The notes: a model not told the origin generated them from the sequence alone. A DNA stretch of 64,000 nt from Tubiluchus corallicola (GCA_030141605.1 JAQGDQ010000312.1:83445-147444), one strand, 5' to 3'. Positions 49,301-63,969 are shown, numbered from the stretch's first letter. Numbers and translations: made by a program.

Positions 49301-52300
49301 TAAACATCGAAAGCTCTGTCATAACTAGTCTTAGAGCTCTTTCAGACTAGGGAAATTTTTGCCCATTTAACACGCAAGTGTGTTCCATTATGGTCGGAGC
49401 CTATATTACCGACAGTAACGCATGTCTAAGAGAGAAAACTCGCGGCAGAAATCTAGCTAGTCTGAAGTCACCGTTAATGAGCAATTATTAGGTGATAGGG
49501 TGACATGACTGATTGCTCTAATGTAGAGTTGAGTAGCAACAAGCCTGCCAGCGATGTTACAGAAACTGAATTTACAATCCGAAACCGAAATATATCCAAT
49601 GTAGGAAACATTTTTTGAAAACCAATTATTGATAAAACTGTAAAGAAATTTTACTTGCTGTGATGCAAACTTACTGATGTGAAAAATCTAGCACAAAAGG
49701 ACAAGAAAGTTTTATAGTATAGAACTGCAAGTTTGATGGAGTGGATAGAGTGTTATGATGTTTTTGAATTTAAATATCTTTAACGATTAACGTTTAAAGA
49801 TCGTAATGCTTCATTAAAATAATGAAATTTTATTTTATAGATATTTTGTTATTTATATTCCATAAATTATAAAATTAAACTTGATTTTACTCAAATAAAT
49901 TCAAACGTGGTTTGCTATTTCGGTTGATTGGGCCTGGAGAGCCAAAAACTTCACAGTCGTCATCACTGGTGATACACCTCATTGGCGTGAAAAGCACATC
50001 ACCAACTGTTAAGCAAGCAATATTTTCTCTTTATTTGAACGAATTTAGCCAAGATTTTTCGGCTGTTTTTGACATCTAGGAGAAAAGAAAAGGTATATTG
50101 GATAAACATTAGTAAAACTTCGGAAAAATGCTATCGAAAATCAAACCGAAAGTGCAATTATGGACAAACCAAAACAAATAATTTCGTTTCGTTGAAATTC
50201 GCTGATATAAATGAGTGTGCTCTTTGTTTGTCTGATGTTGTTACAAGCCTGAGCACATGTTGTTACAGAGAGATTTTGCATCTTGTATAAGCCTCACTAA
50301 CGCATCAGCACATGTCTATCTCTTCTTGTTTGTAACCTTGAAATGTCACTTGTTGATCAGTGGTATTACTGAACTACATGCACCTGTTTCTCCCCACTCC
50401 TGTGGTTCGTACATGTATTAATATACTTTGTATTGCATACCTAATTGATGTGAGAGTGTTGCACGTGTTTGCGAAAATTGAAGTACAGTGTTATTGTAAG
50501 AGATTCAGTGTGTTGTGCTAAAATTAAGACAAGTTTTAAGATAAAAATTCAAATTTCTATCCAAACAAGAAGTTTACCGCTTGTGCTGTCGAACGTGCGC
50601 AGTACGTCACAAACTAACACCTCTGAACTGAGATGTACAGCACCTGTTTTTTGTGCAATGCCTTTTCTGAAATTCAGGCAGACGCTAGTGTCCGTCTAAC
50701 TAGCGAATGGTGAAATGTATGGAACAGCGCAGAACTAGTGACGCGAACATGAAATTGTGTTTGTGTGGTAATAATTCTTTCACGTAAGTCATTTTTGAAA
50801 AAATGGTTTATTTTCTTTCAATGTTTTAAGGAGTAGATCATTTTGACCTACAGTTTAACATGGGTCCGGCTTTGATAAGCTGTAGATTAAGATAGAATCC
50901 TTTAATCTGTTCACTAACGCTGACTTAATATGGTGTCAATGTTTACAAGTTGAGAATGGCATGTTACACACACTGTAATTTGATTAAGGACACTGCTGTC
51001 CCTGTCGGAATCCATTTTGTTGCTGGCTATGTCGATTTCTACATTTCTATAGTTCACGTTACATCATACAGATACCATCACATCTTTCTCCTCTTTCTAT
51101 TCTCTATCAATCTTTTTTTCTACTCCTTTACTGCTCTTTTCTATTACACTCACTCCACATTCATTTGGGGTGCTCTAAACGAGTAATTACTTCTTGAGTA
51201 CCCCACGGTTCTTTTGCGGTTTGGCATCTTGTGTACATAATAATAAATATGTTATTAAATACTTTTATGTGCAATGCTGTAATGACTGTAATAATAATAA
51301 ATAAATAATTAAATAACCCATTCCTGCCTCACGCAACAAATCTTTCTCTTTCAGATGGAGATTATTTCACATACACGCGCATTGAACCGGTCGGTGTGGT
51401 CGGACTTATTCTGCCTGTAAGTCAGTTGCAGCCTTCTCATGCATTTTGCAATTATAGCTCAGTTTCACTTGAAAATAACTAGAGGCATATTCAGCAAGGG
51501 GAATAGTTGAGTGGTATATAGAAAGTTAAGCAGTGCTATGCCTTTTCAGCAAATGGAGGGTGGAATATCTGTTTATTGTTTAAAATTTCTACATGTTAAA
51601 GTATTATTATTCATTGTTCACTGGATCTGTATGTCATTTTTTTTAAACTGTCGTATTAATGATGCTCTGGTAATGGGGGAATACGCCTTTTCACAGTTAC
51701 AGCGATTGATGATGATCATGAAAAGGTCAAAGGTTAAGTGTACCAGACCATGCATTTGTGTACAGTTGACAATGCCTCGCAGCCCAAGCTATTGTAACAG
51801 TAACAGTTTTAACAGCTAGCTAGAACCTAACCTAGTTCATTTTTTCTTGTTCCCAAGCAAGATCCTGCTAGTAAATCATTCTTTGCCCAGTCCAATATGA
51901 CCAGTCAGGCCGATCCACCAGCTCGATAATGGAAGCCTAGAGATTGGCTGGTTGGCCTTCCTACGAGCCAATCAGATTGCTTCTCGCATTCTTTGCACAT
52001 TTAGGCATTTGAGTAGCATTTGAATACATGTATAACTACTTAATATGATCAAGATGATGATTGGGTCGATTAATTTATGAGTAGCTTGCAAGCTGAAAAG
52101 GTGTGAACACCCCTGATACAAGACCACTATGTGACATGGAAGTTGAAATCTACGGTTTTTAATACTCAGTTTTCCTCAGTATTGTAGTAATCATGCGCCA
52201 GATCGGATGAAAAAAAAGAATCGTTATTAGGCCCTCCTGTTTTTGGCCCCTTGACTGAGCTGTATGCAGCCTACGGGAATTGCAGGAAAGTTTATTGCTG

Positions 52301-55300
52301 CCCGGTTAGTCAGATAATTTGCACACCCCTGCAATAAATCAGTAACCTTTAGAGTTTGGCATACTATAAGGTAGAATGCAGCATTTGATGGCGGGTCTAA
52401 CTCGATGTGGGATGATTGAGGCAGTACCAGTACCTAAGCTCAATATCCAAGATAAGATGAATCAGCAGTGGTATTTTAGATACCTCTGGACGTATGTGAA
52501 CAAGGCAGTTATGGCAAATGAAGCATTTCAAAATGAGTTTTCAGTCACCCATCACTTATTCAGTTTCTGAACAGGTTTAGTGCTGTCTAACTTTGATCAC
52601 CAAGCACGCACTATGGCCACTTGACTATTTCTCGCTAAATTTACTGATGATCTCTGTAATCTAAAGACTTCAAATAATACAACATTAATGTAACTCCGAA
52701 TAAATTCATCTGTGAACTAAAATTCAGTGTTTGTTACTGAAAAATAAATTGTGGGATTTTGTCAGAAATAATGTTTCACTTTCGATCCTTGTGGGTCACT
52801 GCTGTAGCTGATGCCTCTTTTACTATTTTTAACACCCTCAACCATAAAATAGCTGACAGATGTTCAAAAGTAGCTTATTCTACTTTTTAACAATCTTTAG
52901 ACTTAATTTGCTTTACATTTACCCATTAAGGTAATATATCAGATGTTAATTAAACTGTTGGTGGTTTGTTAGCAATAACATTAAAAGTTGCCTATAACTG
53001 TTTGTATTGTGTCAGACACCATCGGATACATAAACACGCGGTTTCTTGTGTTTTAGTGCAAGCCATGTCTCCTTTCATAATTCGTTAATTAACATTAATT
53101 TCTGTTTTTAATGAGTTACATTTGGAGTTACTTTTACGTCAACTGAATTTCCCGATGATTACATTTCTTTTGTTTAATCGCATTAATTTTTTCTAGTGGA
53201 ACTTTCCAGCTATGATCACAGTGGCAAAGATTTCGCCCGCTCTCGCTGCCGGCTGTACAGTTGTCGTAAAACCGGCCGAACAGACGCCGTTGACAGCACT
53301 CCATTTGGCTTCCCTATTTAAAGAGGTAACTCGTTTTGGAGAAATTATTTTCACAATATGCGTTTTAATTTTGTGTTTTTTAGACTAAAGGCTTTTTTTA
53401 AACTTCTTCGTTTGTTAGCTTCTGTGGCTGGAATTTTTTTATAGTCATATATTAATTGTATCTTTTCTGCTGTTAAATTACTTGACACTTTATAGGGGCG
53501 CCTTGGCTACTATGTCATGCTAATTTGTTAAAGCAAAACCGGAGCCCATCTTAAGCTGCAGGTCAAAACAATCTATTCTTTAAAATATTTAAAGGAAACA
53601 TACTATTTTTTTCAAAAAATGACTTACATGAGAGAATTATCACCAAGCAAAAGCAATTTCACGTTCACGCCGTAATTTATTTGCTGTTACATGCATTTTA
53701 CCATTCGCTACTTAGTTGGACCTGCATTACGGAAATGAGTTCACAAAAACAGGTGCTGTACGTCGCAGTTCAGATGTGTTAGGTTGTGACGAACTGCACA
53801 CGTTCGACAACCTCATGCTTGAGCACAACAGTAAATTTAAAAGTTGAATTTTTATCTAAAATTTTCCTAGTTTTAGTTCAACACCCTGAATCTCTTACGT
53901 GTAGCACTGTACTTGAATTTTCTCTTTCGCAAACACATGCAACACACTCGTGGAATGTTTTTTACTGTTGAAAATTATGTTGGTTTGTGATGTCATCAGT
54001 ACTTGGGCTCGCCCGTCATTAATTAGGTTTTTAATCAATTATTTTATTATCAGAAACACTTTTGCAGTATTACTGGTGGTAAAATGTATACTTTTTACTG
54101 GACTTGAAAATGTGGCATTATTTTGAAACTCACCCTATCTTCCTTTAAAGTTTAGAATTTATCACTATGTAGTCCTTACATTCGCTTTCTTATGTCACTT
54201 CATACGGTCCTTTTACAGCCATGTCATGCTGGTGTGATGAAGCATGGAAGTTGTCCTGTAGTAGTTTTTGCTGATTTGATAAAACTTGTTTTACACTTTT
54301 ACTGTGAAGCTGGTAGTTGCTTACTCGTGTTACTCTTTAGACACTTTTACAGCTATGCCATGCTGATTCTGCGAAGCTGGTAGTTGCTTACTCATGTTAC
54401 TCTTTAGACACTTTTACAGCTATGCCATGCCGATTCTGTAAAGCTGGAATTTGCTTACTCATCTTATTCTTTGGACACTTTTACAACTATGTCATGCTGA
54501 TTCTGTAAAGCTGGAACTTGCTTACTCATCTTATTCTTTTAACACTTTTACAGCTATGTCATGCCGATTCTGTGAAGCTGGAACTTGCTTACTCACGTTA
54601 CTCTTTAGACACTTTTACAGCTATGCCAATTTGATAATATACCAATACGTATTTCATGCATTTACTTTCTTACACCTTTGTAAGGCACCTTTATAGCTAG
54701 ATACCAATCTGATAAGAGTAGAATTTACTATTACACACACACGGCAAATTGTTGAGTTTGCACTTGCACTTTCAACAGCTCCAGCGTCTTATTTACATTA
54801 ACTGATAATTGTTGCTTGCCTAGTCATTTAATAGCGTTCCATTCTAGAACACGGCTGAACCTGCAGTTGAGGCCTGATTCGGTTTACTTTCCAGCTATGT
54901 GGCATGGCTGATTGCTTCGTCATGTCTGTCCTCTTATTAATCGGTGTCCGCAATAATTTGCTCAGTTATTAATGCAAAGCTGTGTAACCTGACTGCGGGT
55001 TGGTCAGTTAGCCATACAGTTGGTGCTTGTAAGAAGTTCTCTTTTTATGCCTTAATGCGATGAAATATCCCTATTTCACATAAGCCGTGTAGTTTTAGTA
55101 CCAAAGTGAACTAAACAGACTAAAATATTTTACACATTTGGTTTTGAAAAAGCAGGTGAATCAACAGTAGCTTCTAAACGTGAAATCTAAATCTCTGGAC
55201 ATGTGTTCATATATTCAATTTTTTATCGTGTCCTCTTACCTTGAGTGATCATTGGCCTCGTTTAGTACATTTAGACATAAAAATACATAATTGTATATAA

Positions 55301-57774
55301 TCCTACATGTTAAAGGATAATGTCACTTATAAGCTGACCCACATGTTCAGGTGTTAGACCTTATGTGTGTCTCATGTTCGCCCTCAGGTACATGAACCGC
55401 AAACGCAATTTAAAACCTGTATAGCTGTGATGACACAGCCTACGAGATTAACAATTGAACAGTGTGTTGAAAATACGAAACGCATGAAACTTTACAAAGT
55501 TTTATTATGGTGTGCGTATAGTAGACTGAGTAGACAAGGACTGTACCCAAATATTTTGACCAATGGCATGCCTGAGTCACTGTCATACTGCTTTAGGCAC
55601 ACTGAGCCAGTAGAACAGAACTTAACTACAGGTATGATGGTTCAATTAACTAAGTAAATATCAGGTGGAATTCAAATCCCCCCGCCCCAGAATTCAAATG
55701 CTGCGACCATCTGTCTTGACCAAGTTGATACAGATGGTCGCAGGATTTTAATTCTGGGGTGGGTGGTTACTTCTTACACATTTTAACAATTCAGTCATCT
55801 GCAACCCCGCTCAGCAGGAGTAACGTTTGACTTGTTAAAGTCCATTAATTTGCATAGTGCTTATCGATTTCGTATTTCAAGTAAGTGATGAGATACATTC
55901 TTATTTTCCAGGCTGGTTTTCCTCCCGGCGTCGTCAACATCGTGACGGGATACGGAGCTACGGGCGCCTTCATCACCAACCACATGGATGTGGATAAAAT
56001 TGGATTTACCGGATCGACAGAGGTATGGAGCTGCATCCGTAATATGTGTGCAAAGTAAAAGCGAAGAGGACCGTTCGTCTGTTTGTGTGTCTGTTCCCTC
56101 TTTCTAATTGTATCTCTGAGTATCTTGAACCCTTACCAACCAAACTTGGTACATATATACACTAGGGTTTTTAGAATGATGGTCATCACACATCACATGT
56201 TATTTGACCTTTGACCTATAATGTTTGACCTTTAACTTGTAATGTTTGACCTTCCTCTTGCTTATTTTACACGTAGTGATGTATCGCTTGAATGAATATT
56301 GAATGTATGGGTTCATCTTGTGTCTAATTCGTCTTACGACTCGGTCCACTCTACAATGCCTACTATGTTTTAATAGATCAGTAAACGATAATGATTGTAT
56401 GACTAGAGAAAGAAAGATAAGGTTTTATAACACTTTACGTCAGGGGTGTGCAAATTGGGGCCCACTTGCGGCCCGCCGAGAGAATTTGTGCAGCCCGCGA
56501 AGAGATTTGTCAACCTAATTAAAGTGCAGCCCTGGTGATTAATTGAGTGTATCCAGCTGAAGTCCCTGCCACGATCCCAAAGATGGTGCGGGTAGTTTTT
56601 TCTCCTAGATCGGTTAATCCTTAATAGACATATGCTATTAAGCCTTACAAGACGGTTATAGCTTAATGTCACTGTACTACTCAGACTATGTGATACACAT
56701 TACTAATATGCATTGTAATGAAATTACCACTATCTGTCCTGAAAGTAGAAATATATGGTTTGTAATATAAGTTTTAATAACTTCTAAAATAGTTTCTTGA
56801 GTGTAGTAGTGTAGTAGTAATGATGTGCGCAGATCGGATGCAAAAAATCGTTATTAGGCCTTTCTGTACTTGGCTCCTTGATCAAACTGTCTGTGGCCCG
56901 CAGGAATTGCGGGAAATTTTAATGTGGTCCGTCTAGTTAGATAATTTGCACACCCCTGTTTTACGTGTTATGAAAGTAATGACACGTTCATATCGCTATA
57001 TATGGATTATCCTAGACAAGGAGCATCCCGGAGATAACGGTGCGAGATACGGGCTAACAACACTTTACCAACTCAAACATTGGCCCTCACGTTATATAGC
57101 TAGACAAGGGTCTTTTGAATAGGTCTCTTAAGAGCCTATTCATTCATTGCTAAATATGTGGAACAACTAATCACGTAGGCCTAAAGATACTCTATTCATG
57201 AAGCATCTAGGTATGTGTATAGACCCTTTTGCATGGGTGGATTCAGGCAACAGGGTTACTAAGGTAAAAAACACCAAAGCGATTCCATACGTATGACTAA
57301 GATTGCCTATTTGTGTATTTAATTTTTGAATTAACCACCTTTCTCTTTCAAAAAATTCTAAAGTATCTCTGCCAGCACACGCACAATCTGAACACAAATT
57401 TGCAATGCGTTCGCCATATTTCAGCCAGTTAATTGCCGAGTCACGTGATTATCGCAAGAGCGAAAATCTTCGTAGTCAGCAAAAATGTCGGCTAACTCCA
57501 CTCTCCCATCCCTGAGCAGCTGGCGCGACTAAAGCTGGGTTTCTTATCGGCTGTAGAAATAAACCTATTTATTTATGTTGTTTATTTTGTTTACAGGTTG
57601 GTCATCTGATACAGAAAGCTTCAGCCGACACGAACCTCAAACGTGTCAGTCTTGAACTTGGCGGAAAGAGTCCAAACATCATCTTGGCTGATGCTGATAG
57701 TAAGTCTAAACAAAAATAAGTTGTTTTTTAGATACTTAACTATCTTTAGGGGAGAGAGAAATTAGATTAGGTAC

Positions 57775-57810
<36 letters not shown>

Positions 57811-60800
57811 CTATATGATAGTCATGAGTCAAAAACCTAATTGCTTTTTAACTGGGTCACATTGACTGTTGCACGTTTGACAATAATTTCTTGTGGTGTG
57901 TTACGAAAACAAAATCTTGTAAGTAGCAAGCAGTCGTTCATTATTAAATGTTAATATTGAATATTAGTTTTATTTTTATACAAGCGTACGCATACATATA
58001 CACTCACGCACGCACATACTTGTGGAATGCACCTGGCTTCAGACGCTGATTGGCTGTTTACCGTTACTTGTTGCTAAGCAACTACAATCTCACAGCTGTT
58101 AAACTTCTACAATGTTGTTGTATGGGCGTTGCAGTGAAATAAACAGACCCGGGTGACTGCGCTTAGTGCTGAGCTTAGGCGGTAGTCTACCGCCTTCCGT
58201 CGGTTTACGTAGACGTAAAATGTAGGCGGCAGTGTGCCACCTTCTGTAGTGAAAGGGTTAATTATCGAAGTATTTTTCCGTCGCTTTTAACAAATTTGCG
58301 TCTGAGTTCTGTTCAGCTTTACTATTCTAGAACCACAGGGCAAAATCCGTGATGAATTTATGCCAACGACTTTAAGTTTACTGAAAATTTAAGCCGACCA
58401 TATGGTCATAATACATGACGGTATATTAAGCTGATCTAGATATAACACGTGGCTAAAGTTTGCAATTCCCTGCACACAAGAAATTAGTTCATAAAGCGGA
58501 TTAGGGTTTGGGTTTTGGTTAGGGTATTTAGATTGTGTTAGGAATTGTAAACTACTTCCTAATATGCTTTAAAAGACAAGTGGATTGCTTGTGCTATTTC
58601 TAGGACATGAATGTATGTTTTGATATATGCGCCCTCTTTTACGCTTTCTATAAGAGTGTTTATGGAGTCCATTGTAACTAAAGTACAGTTGCTAAGGTAA
58701 CCGAAGTTAAACTGAAAACTTTGTTTGTGTATTTAGTATTTTTGTCTGCTAACAAGGTGTCTACTGTTCTAGTGGACTATGCATTGCAACAAGCACATTT
58801 TGCATTGTTCTTCAACATGGGGCAGTGCTGCACTGCTGGGTCGCGTTGCTTCGTCCAAGACGAAATCTACGACAAGTTCGTTGAGAAGAGCGTGGAGCTT
58901 GCCAAGAAACGTTCGATTGGCGACCCGTTTGAACTTGGCGTCGAGAACGGACCGCAGGTTTGTGCACGGATTTTCTCTTAGAGTTTTCTTTGCATGGCTT
59001 ATGTGTTTAGGAAGACATGGCCGCTTAGTGGTATGTTGCTCGGCTATCGATGCAGAAGTTGTGAGTTCAAAACCCACTCGTGACGGTGTCTTTCGAGCCA
59101 TGTTTCACTTGATCAAGACACCCTGACTGCCTTCCTAGATCTGCACAGTCTAAAGCTAAGGTGGCGTTTTCGTGGCATCCGGAATGCGTATGCATTATGG
59201 GGGTGCTAAACGGATAAAGTTTGTTTATATTGTTGCCAATGCGCCCTTTTATCAGACCGGAGTTATGCATTATGTTTTTCTGCGGCTGTTCCGCAGGTGG
59301 AAAACGCATAACACTAGGTAAATTCCACTTTCAATGAGTACTTGGTCTTGTACAGGGGATGAAAGAGGAGTGACTGCCTCTCCTTGTGTGCCGAGCCTCG
59401 AAAAATCGATGCTGTAGCCATCTACCCTAATCCCACACCCATCTGACATGGGCCCCTTTCTTTTTGTGTGTGTGTAAATATGATTGATGTAAATTTCTTT
59501 AACAATAAGTGATGTACAGAATAAACTGATGTACTTGTGTACTGATTTCATGCAGCTGATTGAGTTTATGTGATGAAAACTGCATAATTTCTTACTGCTG
59601 TCTCTGTCCTCGTTTGTGGCAAGGTAAGCGACCAAATGGTTAGTGGTTTCCCGTGTTTGCTGACCAAAACTGAGCCGATGTTGAGCTTGGTCGCAAACGT
59701 GTAGCTGACCGCCAGGTTCGCTACTCGTTCCTCTTGTCCGTTTACCTCGTTGACCAAGAGGGGTTGTACTATACATGCATGTTTGGCCTGTGCAGTGGCT
59801 CACCTTGTCCTCAATGGAGTAAATTCTACTATTGAGCACAGGATTCCAGTTCGAGTGATGATTTGTAGGAATAAAATCATCGTTATCTTCTATATGCCAA
59901 ATGTATCACATTATTACTTAATTAGTCATGTTCTTCATTTATTTATTTACTTTCTTGTTTATTTGTTTATTTATTTATTTATCTATTTTTGCAGATTGAT
60001 CAAGATCAGTTTGACAAGATTATGGAGTTGATCGAGAGCGGCAAAAAACAGGGCGCAAAGCTTCACTGCGGCGGCGGTCGTCACGGCAACAAGGGATACT
60101 ACATTGAGAACACCGTATTCTCCGAAGTGACCGACGAGATGAGGATCGCTAAGGAGGAGGTGAGTGACCGATGTTGTTTTAAATTTGTTAAAAGGGAAGA
60201 AGTGTGAATTCTAAAGTTTGTCCCAAAAAGCTTTCCACACAAACTGTTCGTCTCGCAAACACTAGAAAATTATTTAGAACATTATAACTAGTATTTATTA
60301 GTGATAATGCTGATTTATTAATAAAGTGCATAATTCGATAATTATAGACCTCAGATCTACAATAATAATGACTGCAATAAAATTCAAACTCGCACTAATT
60401 AAAAATTACAGTAAAAAGATTTCAAGTTCTGGTTTTAAGACTCATTTTAAAATGGTTAAAAACAGAAATTGAACTCAAGCTGAACAGAAGTTTATTCCGT
60501 TCACGTGGAGCTGCACTGGCAAAAGTACGTTCACCATACGGAACACTGATTCTTCAATGATAGGTAATGTAAAATTGCGAGACCTCAAACAACGTCTAGT
60601 TCTGAAACTCCTAAAAATTGACTAGATCGGTGAGATAAGATAAACTCGGCCCATTCAACGATTTTAAAGAAATCAGCAATAGTTTAAAAATAACACATTG
60701 TTTGATAAGGAGCCAGTTTAACTCCATTACAACCTGAGTAATATGATCTCAATTACTAATCGCAAAAATGATAAAAATTGTGTTTTTCTCTACCTGTATT

Positions 60801-63268
60801 CATATTTCATTTTTTCTACCTTGATCACTTACCTTAAGTAATCGCCGGCCTTGTTTGTTACGATTCATATAAAAAATCGTCTACATTGACCTCTTTAAAA
60901 AGCTGTTGCTGTTTGATATGGTAACCTGTTTAATTTTTGCCGCACGTTTTATGCATTTTTTATATTTCCACCAATTTTGAATTATTTTATTTTCCCAGTT
61001 TTTCCGTGATGAAGAAAAATATAATTTTACCTCTTTATGCTTATATGTCATCGCGTTTTCTTCAGGGGCGGAACTAGGAGGGAGCGAGGGGGGACACGCC
61101 CCCTGTCAAAATCGGACAAATAATTTTTTTTGCAGTGAAAATTGCAGTTCGCATGTAATCATTTTCAATATGAATTAGAATTAGGTAAAAAAATGTTTGG
61201 TTGCTTTAGTGTATTATTTTCTTAAAACTTGTGTGTGATAAATTTCTGTAAATAACAATTTAGTTAGAGGCACATTAATAACGTTAGGTTAACTCAGAGT
61301 TAATTTTCTCATTATTGCTCTGTCCGCTACACCGTCCTACACACGCTAATTATAGGCCTGCATGCAGTATAAAAGGGGTTAAAATTGGCTTAACCATTAT
61401 TTAACCACTTTGGATACCTCGGCCCTCCAAGAAAATTTTGCGCCCCCCCCCCCCCTGCTTGCCACATCTAGTTCCGGCCCTGGTTTTCTTAACATTTCAT
61501 ACTAAATCAAGAAATGCGTTTACGTTTTCTAGATTTTCGGGCCGGTTCAGCAGTTTTTGAGATTTAAGACACTGGATGAAGTAATCAAGCGTGCAAACAC
61601 TACACACTATGGACTTGCCGCGGCCGTGTTTACCAAGGACATAGATAAGGCTATCACCGTAGCGAACAGTATTCAAGCCGGGACCGTCTGGTAAGAGCGG
61701 GTAAACTTTGGATTCCGTTTTGCGATTTAGCGTAGGAGTAACGTTTCTAAGCAGGAAGAAACTCGTTTTTGTGCTCTCTGTCATAGAATATTACTAGATG
61801 CTGAACAGCTGCTTGTGAATCTAGCTTTTTTTCCTTTGGCTTCTTGCCTTTGGAATTTTCTACCAGAAAATTATTCTCTGAAACTATAATCTCACTTAGT
61901 TTATTTACTCAGTTCATGGAAAACTCACAAAAACACCTGTTATTACTAGTAAATTAGCTGTATGACTTCTGTTTTCCTTTGGCTTCTTATCTGTGGAATT
62001 CTTTGCCAGAAAATTGCTCTCTGAAAACTAATCTCACTTAATGCAAGAAGAATGTCAACTGACACCCTTTACCACTAGTAAATAAACTAAGTAAGGCTCT
62101 GATTAGCTATTAAAACCATTACTAATACAATAGCATGCACTATGAGATGTTGTCAACTGTGCACAAATGCTTTGTCTGATACACTTAACCTTTGACCTTT
62201 TTACAATCATCGTCAGTCACTGGAACTGTGAAAAGGCTTATTCTCTCGACGTGCATTCATACCTTTACCTTTTTGTATAACCCTTTACCAATAGCTTAAG
62301 AAGTGTTTCATATGCACAGAAATTTTCATATTATGACGCAAACCCGTAATTTTTCTCAATTTCCTGCGATCAGTGAAATGCACGGAAACTGCATTTGAGC
62401 TGCAACTCGGTTGGGGAGTGGAAAATGCTTCACAAGGGAGACTAGAAAAATTATCAGCAACTGTTTGACGAAGACTCGCAAGTGTTCGAAAAGTCAACAT
62501 TCGTGGCCTAGACGAAAGACTCGTTAAGCAAGCAGCCAGTGTTATTTGCAGACAAGCGACCGCGTGTTTACAGGTCCGACTCAAAGTCTATATCATTACA
62601 GTACCTTATAACTAGCAAGTGTAGAATGTTTTTACTAGGCTAATTAATGCAAGTGCTTGGTGCAGAAATGCATCTGCTTTTTCTTTGTAAATTGTAACTT
62701 ATATATATTGAACTGGTGGAGGGGGGAGGGTCGGGCCTGCTCAAACGGGGGTCGAGTTGCCTAATAATGGTTTCAACATAACTAGAATAAAACACTGTTG
62801 AATTGAACACACTGTTAGATATTGTTGTTTGTTAAATCTAGTAGAAAGAAAATTAAGGTTTTGATATCCTTTTGCATGCTATTACTTACGTCACATATGT
62901 TGTTGACATCCTTTTGCATGCTATTACTTACGTCACATATGTTGTTGACATCCTTTTGCACACTATTGTTTACGTCACATATGTTTTTGGCATCCTTTTG
63001 TGCACTATTTTTTATCAGTCACATATTATGTTGTTGACATCCATTTGCACACTATTATTTACATCACATATGTTGATGACATCCGTGTGCACACTTATTT
63101 ATCTGTCACATATTATGTTGTTGACATGCTTTTGCATACTATTATTTATCTGTTACATGTTATGTTGTTTACGTCCATTTACAAATGTTTTAGGGTTAAC
63201 GCATACCATGCTGGCAGCGCTAGTGCACCTTTTGGAGGCTTCAAGGAGTCGGGCATCGGAAGAGAGGG
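46347..63268 (+). CDS. ALDH1A: Cytosolic aldehyde dehydrogenase, ALDH1A (retinal dehydrogenase-like) type; last exon beyond the window
   Basis: Exons 46347-46400, 46932-47177, 48848-48977, 51355-51416, 53197-53325, 55912-56022, 57597-57699, 58773-58957, 59995-60159, 61533-61690, 63194-63268. Motifs [62 protein letters not shown]-terminus [16 protein letters not shown] lacks a mitochondrial presequence. Exon sizes 130/62 and 75 match the recalled ALDH1A (not ALDH2) intron pattern. Confidence 0.93.
53532..54144 (+). mobile_element. Full-length TTAA-flanked (Kolobok-like) element
   Basis: ttaa|agcaaaaccgg ... ctatcttcct|ttaa. Confidence 0.8.
54300..54630. repeat. 67-bp tandem repeat, 5 copies
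   Basis: aagctgg...cacttttacagctatg units at ~54306, 54373, 54440, 54507, 54574. Confidence 0.9.
56441..56958 (+). mobile_element. Complete hAT MITE (same family as 9709)
   Basis: caggggtgtgcaaatt ... aatttgcacacccctg, TSD ctttacgt / ttttacgt (7 of 8 match). Confidence 0.9.
59015..59260 (+). mobile_element. tRNA-derived SINE-like fragment
   Basis: A-box-like tggccgcttagtggt and B-box-like gagttcaaaacc at tRNA spacing; no complete cloverleaf. Confidence 0.5.
61063..61482. mobile_element. hAT MITE, second family
   Basis: TIRs caggggcggaactag / ctagttccggccctg, perfect 8-bp TSD gttttctt. Confidence 0.9.
62860..63180. repeat. Degenerate ~42-46-bp tandem repeat abutting the ALDH acceptor at 63193
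   Basis: ttgacatccttttgca...cacatatgttg units, about 7 copies. Confidence 0.85.
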
Positions 63269-63564
63269 GTGAGTTTCGAACGTCTGTAGAAAAGCTTCCC
63301 TTTGGGTTAAAAAAATGAGAACACTACTTAATGCATGCACTTTTGTGTCATAAATTTTGTGATCATTTACAAGCGGGTATTTGCTTAGAATGTGAAGTTT
63401 CCTGAACCTTCGAGTCCGAGATTTGATTTGCCAGAACAAATATGCCTAAAAAGTGGAATAAACGGTGTAGTATCATTATTGTTAACCCACTAAGGACCCA
63501 GAAAAAACTACTTTATAAGCACATGCACCTTCACATGACTACTAGATAGATGGACAGAGACGCA

Positions 63565-63969
63565 CACTCATATCTCGGTTTGCCGGACAAAAGCGCGGAG
63601 ACATCGGTCCGAATTTGGCGATTGTCCGTATTTACCAATACTAAGTTAATACAGTCGGCGCCCGTGTATTAATGTAGAATCAATCGTCTCAAAACGTCTA
63701 GTACGGGCCATTCTTATGCAAAAGTATATAAAACTGTCAGCAATTGACTCAAATAACTCTGCATAATTGACTCTATACCTTTATATACGGAGATATGCAT
63801 GTGGTTACACTGGTGTATTGATGTAAGCAAAGTGATGGTCCGCCAACCAGCGGTCAGCTTGCGAAACAATGGACTTGTCCGTAGTATGCGGGACTTTTTA
63901 ACGGTCCATATTTTGTCCGAATCTTCCGATATCCATAAAAACGAGGTCCGGCAAACCGAGATATGAGCG
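63565..63969. mobile_element. Tc1/mariner-type MITE, same family as 662-1106, opposite orientation
   Basis: cactcatatctcggtttgccggac ... gtccggcaaaccgagatatgagcg. Confidence 0.8.

Noticed and set aside
59015-59095. Functional tRNA gene
   Set aside because: A/B boxes are present but acceptor and anticodon stems do not pair convincingly; better explained as a SINE head.
30888-63268. Retinoid gene cluster (LRAT plus RALDH)
   Set aside because: The nested protein is not LRAT proper (different motifs, no C-terminal transmembrane anchor) and the ALDH channel is atypical; adjacency alone is insufficient.
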